Below, one piece after another: positions 21,092-28,715 of a DNA stretch of 32,000 nt. This stretch comes from Tannockella kyphosi. Lineage in GTDB: Bacteria; Bacillota_I; Bacilli_A; Erysipelotrichales; Coprobacillaceae. The notes below the pieces were generated by a model. That model was not told where the DNA came from, did no database searches, and saw only the letters and a list, made by a program, of their open reading frames with translations. Position numbers and translations under genes: made by a program. The stretch is from contig NZ_CP088239.1 in NCBI RefSeq assembly GCF_021054785.1, positions 1,350,001 through 1,382,000 of the forward strand, in the 5' to 3' direction. Within the stretch, counting starts at the first letter, position 1. Every line of letters begins with the position of its first letter.

Positions 21092-22364
21092 AAATAACTT
21101 TTTCTACCCGATCTTTTCGATCTTTAAAAGAATTAATAATTGGTACTAAAAAGCTAGCTACAATACCTCCTGCAAATCCATTATTATATAAATTCATACC
21201 ATCATAAATACTAACAATGTTTAAAGCAACCGAAGAATGAATAAATCCAGCCAATACTCCTGCTAAAAAGCCAAATCTACCTGCTATTGGTGCTAGTGTT
21301 GTTGCCATTAAACAAGTAATAAGAGGAGCCGGATCACTAATATCCCAAACCTTTACTAAACTTGCTAAATAAACCCCTACCATAATAGGTAATATATTGA
21401 GAAGATGTTTTCCAGTTGAGCTAAATCCAACAATAGTAAAGATCCCCCCAATAGTAGGACCATTTAAATCTCCCCCTACCATTACTACAATAAGTGTGGC
21501 TACTAAACCATTAATACCCATATTAATAAAAGTAGAACGGATTCCTACTCTTCTTAAATAATCAGGTGCATTAACTCCCGAACTAATCAAGATTTTCAAA
21601 TATCCAATAATACCCCTTCGATCTTTCGAACACCCAACAAGTATCATTGTCAAAAACAAAACGGCTAAGGCAACAAATAAAGTATCATTATTACCAGTAG
21701 ACCATATCAAACGAGACTGACTTTCAATCCCAAAAGATTTAAAAATAGAAGCAATCACAGTAGAAATAATCCCTGCAGAAAACCCTACATTATACAAAGA
21801 AAAACCACGATGTGTTGCATATAGATGACTTGATAAAGGTGGTAAAATAAAGCCTATTAAAACACCTACAAAAAGACTTAATAAAAACTTTACTACTGGA
21901 GATAAAGTAGTGATTTGTAAAATTTGTGTAATAATTGGGGAAAGACTTGTTCCGTATAAGCCAATATAAATAAACTTACTTAAAGGTGCTTTATGATAAA
22001 TAGCATAAAGCCAAACACCCAATAAAATATACCAAATATTAATAATATTCTTACCAAACAAAGAAAAACCAAACATCAAACAACAAGCAGTAACCGTATG
22101 TCCATCGACATCCATATCTAACATATACACAATAAATAAAGATACCAACGTTAATAAAGAAGCATTTACAAAAGCTGCTCCAATACCACCAACTACCATA
22201 TAATCAGTAATCAATAAATCTGGTTCCTTAATAATATTATATAATCCTAATAATATTTGTTCGGGAGAATCATAGAAAAAAGCGATTATTAAAAAATAGA
22301 ACGGAATCATTGCAAGTAAGAGAAACTTTTGATTCCTATTTAATTTATTTATATTATCAAACAT
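21090..22364 (-). CDS. Polytopic membrane protein with two homologous halves (DUF1576-like)
   Basis: 424 aa, about 10-12 hydrophobic segments, RBS AGGAGGA. An internal repeat is visible by eye (see findings). The DUF1576 label comes from memory of similar Clostridia/Erysipelotrichia proteins and is unverified. Confidence 0.6.
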   Translation of the reverse strand: MFDNINKLNRNQKFLLLAMIPFYFLIIAFFYDSPEQILLGLYNIIKEPDLLITDYMVVGGIGAAFVNASLLTLVSLFIVYMLDMDVDGHTVTACCLMFGFSLFGKNIINIWYILLGVWLYAIYHKAPLSKFIYIGLYGTSLSPIITQILQITTLSPVVKFLLSLFVGVLIGFILPPLSSHLYATHRGFSLYNVGFSAGIISTVIASIFKSFGIESQSRLIWSTGNNDTLFVALAVLFLTMILVGCSKDRRGIIGYLKILISSGVNAPDYLRRVGIRSTFINMGINGLVATLIVVMVGGDLNGPTIGGIFTIVGFSSTGKHLLNILPIMVGVYLASLVKVWDISDPAPLITCLMATTLAPIAGRFGFLAGVLAGFIHSSVALNIVSIYDGMNLYNNGFAGGIVASFLVPIINSFKDRKDRVEKVI

Positions 22365-22413
22365 ATTATCCTCCTGTCGCTATATCATATCATAAATATA
22401 GGAGAAAATCGAC

Positions 22414-22440
22414 GTAAAAAAAAGGAAATACTAGATTTCC
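22414..22440 (-). terminator. Intrinsic terminator after metY
   Basis: On the minus strand, GGAAAT-CTAGT-ATTTCC is followed by TTTTTTTT. The stem starts at the last base of the TAG stop. Confidence 0.7.
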
Positions 22441-23714
22441 TAAATTTTATCAAATGCTTGTTGTAAATCATTCTTTAAATCTTTGACATCTTCTAAACCT
22501 ACTGAAATACGAACAGCTTCTTCATATACTCCTGCAACATCTCTTTCTTCTTTTGACATCTGTGCATGAGTTGTACTAGCTGGATGCGTTAATAATGATT
22601 TTGAATCCGCAAAGTTAGTCACATGAATAAATAATTCCACATTATTAATGACTGCTTTCCCTGCCATTAAACCACCTTTTACACCAAAACTAAATAATCC
22701 TCCAAATCCATTAGGAAAATATTTTTTAGCTAACTCATAATTTGATGATCCTGGTAATTCACTATAATTAACCCATTCTACCTTTTCATTTTCTTGTAAG
22801 AAAGTAGCTAATTGACGTGAATTATCCACATGTTTTTGCATACGCAATGATAATGTTTCTAATCCTAATAACGTTAGATAGGCATTAAATGGTGCCATAC
22901 ATGCACCTAAATCACGTAATGTTTTCGCTATTAATTTTGTTGCTAGTGCTCCTTCTCCTAAATCTGCATAAACAATATCATGATATGCTTTATCTGGAGT
23001 ATTAAATAATGGATATCTAGGATTATCTTTGAAATTAAAAGTTCCACTATCAACAACAATACCACCCATTACATTGCCATGACCAGCTAAATATTTCGTT
23101 GTTGAATAAACAACGATATCTGCACCATATTGAATTGGTTTAAATAGATAAGGTGTTGGTGTTGTATTATCAACAACCAATAATAAATTATATTTTTTAG
23201 CTAATTTACTTATTGCTTCAAAATCTAACATATCTCCATTAGGATTCCCTACTGATTCAATAAAAATCATTCTTGTTTTTTCATTAATTAGCGCTTCCAT
23301 CTTTGTTAAATCACGAGGATCTACAAAATGTGAAGTAAATCCCATTCCTGTCATTGTTCCAGAAAGAGACCCAATAGTTCCTCCATATAAATTATGAGCA
23401 GCTACAATCTCATCTCCACTTTGACAAACAGTCATAATTAATCCCATAATAGCAGCAGTCCCGGAAGCAAAAGCTACCGCACTAGCTCCACCATCTAAAG
23501 CTGCCATTCTCTCTTGCAGGGCTGATACTGTTGGATTTGATAATCTTGAATAAAAGTATCCACCTTCTTCTAAAGCAAAAATTCGTGCTGCTTGGTCGGC
23601 ATCTTCAAAAGTAAATGCATTCGATAAATAAATCGGCATCCCAGTTGCCTTTGTTGCAGGATCTATCTTGCTACCTGCATGTATTTGTAATGTATCAAAA
23701 CCATAATCTTTCAT
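22440..23714 (-). CDS. metY: O-acetylhomoserine (thiol)-lyase / sulfhydrylase, PLP-dependent
   Basis: 424 aa in the Cys/Met-metabolism PLP family. Motif YSTTKYLAGHG contains the PLP lysine, and the N-terminus FDTLQIHAG is typical of MetY/CysD. Confidence 0.85.
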   Translation of the reverse strand: MKDYGFDTLQIHAGSKIDPATKATGMPIYLSNAFTFEDADQAARIFALEEGGYFYSRLSNPTVSALQERMAALDGGASAVAFASGTAAIMGLIMTVCQSGDEIVAAHNLYGGTIGSLSGTMTGMGFTSHFVDPRDLTKMEALINEKTRMIFIESVGNPNGDMLDFEAISKLAKKYNLLLVVDNTTPTPYLFKPIQYGADIVVYSTTKYLAGHGNVMGGIVVDSGTFNFKDNPRYPLFNTPDKAYHDIVYADLGEGALATKLIAKTLRDLGACMAPFNAYLTLLGLETLSLRMQKHVDNSRQLATFLQENEKVEWVNYSELPGSSNYELAKKYFPNGFGGLFSFGVKGGLMAGKAVINNVELFIHVTNFADSKSLLTHPASTTHAQMSKEERDVAGVYEEAVRISVGLEDVKDLKNDLQQAFDKI

Positions 23715-23771
23715 AACTTGTCTCCCTTATTTTATTTTTTACAATTCTAACACATACTAACAAAATAAACT

Positions 23772-23809
23772 AGCAAAAAGAGCAGAAACAATTTTCTGCT
23801 CTTTTATAT
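23772..23809 (-). terminator. Intrinsic terminator after amt
   Basis: On the minus strand, AAAAGAGCAGAAA-ATTG-TTTCTGCTCTTTT is followed by TGCTAG. The GAGCAGAAA/TTTCTGCTC core has a U-tract. It lies 27 nt after the amt stop. Confidence 0.75.
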
Positions 23810-23835
23810 AACAAATACGATGGCAGTCGTAACAA

Positions 23836-25086
23836 TTATGATTTGATGAAATCTGGATAAGCCTCAGAACCATGTTCCCCAATATCTAATCCTTCGATTT
23901 CTTCTTCTGGTTTAACACGTAAACCAACTGTTTTCTTAATTAATGTAAACATTAAGAAACTTACTGTACATACCCAAGCACCTACACAGCTAATTCCAAT
24001 TAATTGAACAATGAATAAATCCATTCCTCCACCATAGAATAAACCTAAGATTCCTTCGCATGCAGGAGTATTACAAGCAAATAAACCAACAGCTAATGTT
24101 CCCCAAACACCATTTACACAGTGAACACCAACAGCACCTACAGGATCATCAATTTTACATTTACGATCTAAGAATTCAATTGAGAATGTTACTAAGAACC
24201 CAGCAACAATACCAATAACAATTGCACCATAGATTGATACAATATGGCAACCTGCAGTAATCGCTACTAACCCAGCTAAAACACCATTTAATGTCATAGA
24301 AATATCTGGTTTACCATATCTTTTCCAAGTAATTGCAAGTACTGTTACAGCAGCCGCACAAGCAGCAGCATTTGTAGTCATTGCAATATGCCCAACATAA
24401 GTAGCCGCTTCTAAAGAAGAACCACAGTTAAATCCAAACCAGCAGAACCATAAGATAAATACACCTAATGTTCCCATTGGAATATTATGTCCAGGAATTG
24501 CATATACTTCACCTTTTGGTCCGTATTTACCAATTCTTGGTCCTAATACAATAGCACCCATTAATGCTGCAAAACCACCTACTGCATGTACTGCTGCAGA
24601 TCCAGCAAAATCAATGAATCCCATTCCTGATAAGAATCCACCACCCCATATCCAGTGACCTGATACTGGGTAGATAACTAAACTAATTAAAATAGTATAA
24701 ATAATATATGATGAGAATTTAGTTCTTTCAGCCATAGCTCCAGATACAATTGTTGCTGCAGTTGCACAGAACACTGTTTGGAAGAAAATAAATAATTCTG
24801 CCCCAATTGCATCAAATTGATCTAAACCTAAAGCTAATGGATTAAAGAATCCTGTAGATCCGATAAAACCACTAATAGAATCACCAAACATTAAACCAAA
24901 TCCTACTAAAAAGAAAATCAATGACCCTAAAGCAAAGTCCATTACATTTTTCATTAAAACGTTATTTGAGTTCTTTTGACGAGTAAACCCTGACTCTAAG
25001 ATTGCAAATCCTGCTTGCATTAACATTACCATTACTGCCGCAACAAATACCCATACGACGTTAATTAACTGTACTACTTCTTCCAT
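23836..25086 (-). CDS. amt: Ammonium transporter (Amt family)
   Basis: 416 aa with 11 TM segments, Amt signatures DFAGS..VH and twin-His region ...VHCVNG, immediately downstream of P-II. Confidence 0.95.
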   Translation of the reverse strand: MEEVVQLINVVWVFVAAVMVMLMQAGFAILESGFTRQKNSNNVLMKNVMDFALGSLIFFLVGFGLMFGDSISGFIGSTGFFNPLALGLDQFDAIGAELFIFFQTVFCATAATIVSGAMAERTKFSSYIIYTILISLVIYPVSGHWIWGGGFLSGMGFIDFAGSAAVHAVGGFAALMGAIVLGPRIGKYGPKGEVYAIPGHNIPMGTLGVFILWFCWFGFNCGSSLEAATYVGHIAMTTNAAACAAAVTVLAITWKRYGKPDISMTLNGVLAGLVAITAGCHIVSIYGAIVIGIVAGFLVTFSIEFLDRKCKIDDPVGAVGVHCVNGVWGTLAVGLFACNTPACEGILGLFYGGGMDLFIVQLIGISCVGAWVCTVSFLMFTLIKKTVGLRVKPEEEIEGLDIGEHGSEAYPDFIKS

Positions 25087-25111
25087 AAATTTTTCCCCCT
25101 ATTAAGTTATG

Positions 25112-25450
25112 TTATAAAGCTTCTGATCCTTTTTCCCCTGTACGCACACGTACTGCATCATCTACTGGTGAAATGAATATTTTTCCATCTCCAACATTTC
25201 CTGTACGAATTTTTGCAGTAATAACATCCACGATTTCATCTACTGAATCTTTTGCTACCACTGTTTCCACACGTAATTTAGAAACTAAATTAACAGAATA
25301 AGTTGTTCCACGGTATTGTTGAGTATGCCCCATTTGATTACCAAAACCCATTACTGTAGTAACCATCATACCTGAAATACCACATTCAGTTAGTGCGATT
25401 TTTAAATCTTCTAACTTTTCTGGACGAATAATAATTTCCAATTTTTTCAT
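25112..25450 (-). CDS. glnK: Nitrogen regulatory protein P-II (GlnK type, Amt-linked)
   Basis: 112 aa with T-loop ...GHTQQYRGTTY... and C-terminal TGEKGSEAL. RBS GGGGGAG. The gene order is P-II then amt, as in E. coli glnK-amtB. Confidence 0.95.
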   Translation of the reverse strand: MKKLEIIIRPEKLEDLKIALTECGISGMMVTTVMGFGNQMGHTQQYRGTTYSVNLVSKLRVETVVAKDSVDEIVDVITAKIRTGNVGDGKIFISPVDDAVRVRTGEKGSEAL

Positions 25451-25473
25451 TTAAATTCTCCCCCTTTTGTATT

Positions 25474-25522
25474 GATTTGAAGCTCTTGTTCAAATCTTGA
25501 TAAGAATATATCATTCTGATAA
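25474..25522 (-). promoter_or_regulatory. Two inverted repeats at the glnK-amt promoter/leader (candidate operators or leader hairpin)
   Basis: The first, TGATAAGAAT-ATATC-ATTCTGATAA (8/10 arm complementarity, 25498..25522), spans the -10 and spacer. The second, a perfect GATTTGAA-N7-TTCAAATC (25474..25496), is in the leader. Confidence 0.35.
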
Positions 25523-25533
25523 ATTTTTGTCAA
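25505..25533 (-). promoter_or_regulatory. SigmaA-type promoter of glnK-amt
   Basis: On the minus strand, TTGACA-17 nt-TATATT lies about 55 nt upstream of the glnK ATG. Confidence 0.65.
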
Positions 25534-25578
25534 TGGTTATTTGAAATTTTTTTATTAAAGTGATAAAAAATTATCTAT

Positions 25579-25603
25579 ACAATAAAAAGACCTTTCGGTC
25601 TTT
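25579..25603 (-). terminator. Terminator-like hairpin after the 140/144-aa orphan gene
   Basis: On the minus strand, AAAGACC-GAAA-GGTCTTT is followed by TTATTG. It overlaps the TAA stop. Confidence 0.55.
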
Positions 25604-26024
25604 AGTAATAATTTTGAATTATATGAACCATGTCTTCTACATAGAGTCTAGCTCCATCCAATGCTTCTCTTGGTACTACCTTATAATTCTTTAATTGTAA
25701 TTTACAAGAGTATTGTTCTCTCATCAGTGGTAGGTGTAAACCTTGACATAATTTCACTACTTTATCTAATCTTTTGTTCGTTATATAGAAGGTATTAATG
25801 ATACATATGTTTTTTACATAGTCTCTAGATAGTCTTTTTATAAAAGATTGCATTGTTTTATAATCAAAGCACCATTCATCAAAAACAATGACTATTAAAT
25901 CAACAGATGTATTTGGATTATATTCTTCTATTACTTGAGAGTAGCTACGAGCCCATTTAGCGACTTCTTTACTAACTACTTCACTCTTTTTTGCATTCCT
26001 AGGATGCACTATTGCTACTTTCAT
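25602..26024 (-). CDS. Hypothetical protein, possibly a flavodoxin-like fold with a degenerate FMN loop
   Basis: The ORF has its own terminator hairpin. The track start at 26036 is a GTG, and the ATG at 26024 (MKVAIVHPRN...) has a GGTGA RBS. The beta-alpha alternation (KVAIV / DLIVIVF / NICIINT) is flavodoxin-like, but there is no S/T-x-x-G-x-T phosphate loop. Confidence 0.5.
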   Translation of the reverse strand: MKVAIVHPRNAKKSEVVSKEVAKWARSYSQVIEEYNPNTSVDLIVIVFDEWCFDYKTMQSFIKRLSRDYVKNICIINTFYITNKRLDKVVKLCQGLHLPLMREQYSCKLQLKNYKVVPREALDGARLYVEDMVHIIQNYY

Positions 26025-26147
26025 TTTAATCACCACTTACAACTATAATAGAGTAATGTGAACTTTTTGTGTATTTTTTAAAATGTAAAATAAAAACTTT
26101 TTTTAAGTCTTAAAAAATGATAAAATATCCAAGCAAAGGAGATTACA

Positions 26148-27386
26148 ATGAAAAGAAGAAATTGTATTGTTGGACAATCTGGAGGACCCACGATTGCAAT
26201 CAACGCATCATTAGCGGGAATCATTCACCGCGCTCATGCATTAAATGAATTTAATCATGTGTATGGAATGATTAATGGAATTATGGGCTTATTAGAAGGC
26301 CGTTATATGGATTTATTAGAAGAATTTGATACTGGGGATAAAATTAACTTTTTAAAACAAACTCCTGCGATGTATTTAGGTTCATGTCGTTTTAAATTAC
26401 CTACTCATAAAGAATGCATTGATACTTTTGAAAAAATATTCTCTATTTTAGAAGATTTAAATATTACTGATTTTTATTATATTGGTGGAAATGATTCCAT
26501 GGATACAGTAATGAAATTAGATGACTATGCAAAATCTATTCATAGTCCGATTAAATTTATTGGTATTCCTAAAACAATTGATAATGATTTAATGGGAACT
26601 GATCATACTCCTGGTTTTGGTTCTGCAGCAAAATATGTTGCTACGTCCATGTTAGAAATTGTACATGATAGTTCTATCTATCAATTACAATCTGTGACTA
26701 TTGTAGAAATCATGGGACGTAATGCTGGATGGTTAACAGCGGCTAGCGCTCTTGCAAGAAATGAATACAATCAAGCACCAGATTTAATTTACTTACCAGA
26801 AACTGCTTTTAACAAAGAGAAGTTCTTAACAGATATTCGTGAAGTTTTTAAACATAAACAATGTGTTGTTATCGCTGTTAGTGAAGGGATTCGTGATGAA
26901 TCTGGTCATTTTTTAGATGATGATTCCAAATATGCAAAGAAAGATGCTTTTGGACATGTATTACATAGTGGTACTGGAAAGTTATTAGAATCATTAGTTT
27001 TCCAAGAATTCCAATGTAAGGTCCGTAGTATTGAATTAAATGTTTTACAACGATGTGCGATGCATATCGGTTCTAAAACTGATTTAAATGAATCGTTTGT
27101 AATAGGTCAAGCAGCAGTAGAAGAATCATTAAGTGGGAATTCTGGTCGTGTGATGGGATTCAAACGGATTAGTGATAAACCATATTTGATTGAGACAATG
27201 TCTAGTGATGTTCGTAGTGTTGCGAATTTAGAACAAAAAATACCAAGACAATGGATTCATCCAAATGGTCATGATATTAGTGAAAAACTATACCATTATT
27301 TAGCTCCTTTAATTCAAGGAGAAGTACATATTTCTTATAGTAATGGTATTCCAAATTATTATAGTTGTAAACATTTAAGCAAATAG
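26148..27386 (+). CDS. pfp: Phosphofructokinase, PPi-dependent type (diphosphate--fructose-6-phosphate 1-phosphotransferase)
   Basis: 412 aa with N-terminus GQSGGPTIAINAS, then IGGNDS and GIPKTIDND. There is an Asp at the E. coli Gly104 equivalent and a Lys at the Gly124 equivalent. RBS AAGGAG. Confidence 0.8.
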   Translation: MKRRNCIVGQSGGPTIAINASLAGIIHRAHALNEFNHVYGMINGIMGLLEGRYMDLLEEFDTGDKINFLKQTPAMYLGSCRFKLPTHKECIDTFEKIFSILEDLNITDFYYIGGNDSMDTVMKLDDYAKSIHSPIKFIGIPKTIDNDLMGTDHTPGFGSAAKYVATSMLEIVHDSSIYQLQSVTIVEIMGRNAGWLTAASALARNEYNQAPDLIYLPETAFNKEKFLTDIREVFKHKQCVVIAVSEGIRDESGHFLDDDSKYAKKDAFGHVLHSGTGKLLESLVFQEFQCKVRSIELNVLQRCAMHIGSKTDLNESFVIGQAAVEESLSGNSGRVMGFKRISDKPYLIETMSSDVRSVANLEQKIPRQWIHPNGHDISEKLYHYLAPLIQGEVHISYSNGIPNYYSCKHLSK

Positions 27387-27403
27387 CCCCTATTAGGGGC
27401 TAT
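27383..27403. terminator. Shared palindromic hairpin between convergent pfp and the MocR gene
   Basis: ATAGCCCCT-ATT-AGGGGCTAT forms a perfect 9-bp stem and is the most GC-rich element in the area. Both stop codons (TAG on each strand) sit in its arms. Only short T tracts follow on either side. Confidence 0.65.
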
Positions 27404-28713
27404 TTCCATATTCTTTTTAATATTTTAATTGCTTTATCAACATCTTCATAATCAATACTACTAAAAGATAAGGCTACTTGATGATGATTATTTTTTAATA
27501 TATAAATACTTTCTTTTTTTGCTAATTCAATATAGGTATCTACTAGTTTTGTTGGTAAATCAATTGTTATCTTTAAAGGTGTTTCATATAAGATACAAGG
27601 ATATTGAGGGAAGTTAGTTTGCCAAGTATCTATTAAATGCGTTGATAAGTCAGCATAATACTTTCGTAATCTTTTGATATGACGACCTAGTTGATTATCT
27701 TCTAAATAAGCAGCAAACGCTAATTGTTCTAATTTAGAAGTTGTTTGATGATAATATTTATTTTTATCAATAAATTTATTCATTAACTGTTTAGGTAAAG
27801 ACATATAACTGATACGGATAGAAGGTAATAAAACTTTGGAAAAAGAACCAATATAAATAACCCATTGATCATCATCTTTTGCTAATGCATCAATTGGTTT
27901 ACTTAAAAACTTTAATTCTCCATTATGATCATCTTCTATTAGATAAACTTCTTTTTCTCTAGCATATTTTAATAACTCTATTCTTCTTTGTCTTTTTAGT
28001 GGTTTTCCATGATAACCACTAGAAGAAGAATGAATATATAACATTTGAATATTGAGATCAGCTAATGATTTTATATCAATACCATCTTTATCACTAGGTA
28101 TCTTTATAATCTCTATTCCTAAGTTTTCAAATACACTTTGTGCTTGAATAAACCCTACTTCATCCATTCCAATAGAGATAGGCCTTAAAAAACAATGACA
28201 TAACTGTTGTAATAACACTTGAAATCCAGCACCTACTATCATTTGATCAGTAGGTCTTTTTACACCACGATATTGATAGCTATATAACTGTAATTGTTCT
28301 AATAATTCTATTTGACCAAAAGGACTTCCATAAGAAAGCAAAGCATCTTGATTATGTAATGTTCTTTTTATATACTTTTGCCAAATTTGGATATCAAAAC
28401 AAGATGTATTTACTTTTCTACCACTAAAATCATAAAGATAAACTTGTTCTTTTGATGGAATATGTGCTTCTTCTTTTTTAATAGAAGTTTGCAATGTTTC
28501 TTGCACGTCTACAAAATATCCTTTTTTTTCTACTGCATAAATATACCCTTCTGCTAACAACTGTAAATAAGCATTTTCTACTGTTGTTTTAGAAACTTGC
28601 ATCTCTTTTGACATTTGACGAATAGAAGGAATCTTTTGATGATATACTAAATAACCATCATGAATATCACAAACAATTTTTTGATAAACCGCAATATATT
28701 TAAATGTTTCCAT
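27400..28713 (-). CDS. MocR/GabR/PdxR-type regulator (GntR wHTH fused to a fold-type I aminotransferase-like domain)
   Basis: 437 aa. The N-terminal segment IPSIRQMSKEMQVSKTTVENAYLQLLAEGYI is a GntR-type HTH. The C-terminal roughly 330 aa include GSFSKVLLPSIR, which retains the PLP-lysine position. Confidence 0.85.
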   Translation of the reverse strand: METFKYIAVYQKIVCDIHDGYLVYHQKIPSIRQMSKEMQVSKTTVENAYLQLLAEGYIYAVEKKGYFVDVQETLQTSIKKEEAHIPSKEQVYLYDFSGRKVNTSCFDIQIWQKYIKRTLHNQDALLSYGSPFGQIELLEQLQLYSYQYRGVKRPTDQMIVGAGFQVLLQQLCHCFLRPISIGMDEVGFIQAQSVFENLGIEIIKIPSDKDGIDIKSLADLNIQMLYIHSSSSGYHGKPLKRQRRIELLKYAREKEVYLIEDDHNGELKFLSKPIDALAKDDDQWVIYIGSFSKVLLPSIRISYMSLPKQLMNKFIDKNKYYHQTTSKLEQLAFAAYLEDNQLGRHIKRLRKYYADLSTHLIDTWQTNFPQYPCILYETPLKITIDLPTKLVDTYIELAKKESIYILKNNHHQVALSFSSIDYEDVDKAIKILKRIWK

Positions 28714-28715
28714 TT

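Noticed and set aside
25520-25545. TnrA/GlnR box overlapping the glnK-amt -35 (TCAAA-N7-TGACA).
   Set aside because: The left half-site fails at 2 of its 4 specified positions. The right half is simply the TTGACA -35 element.
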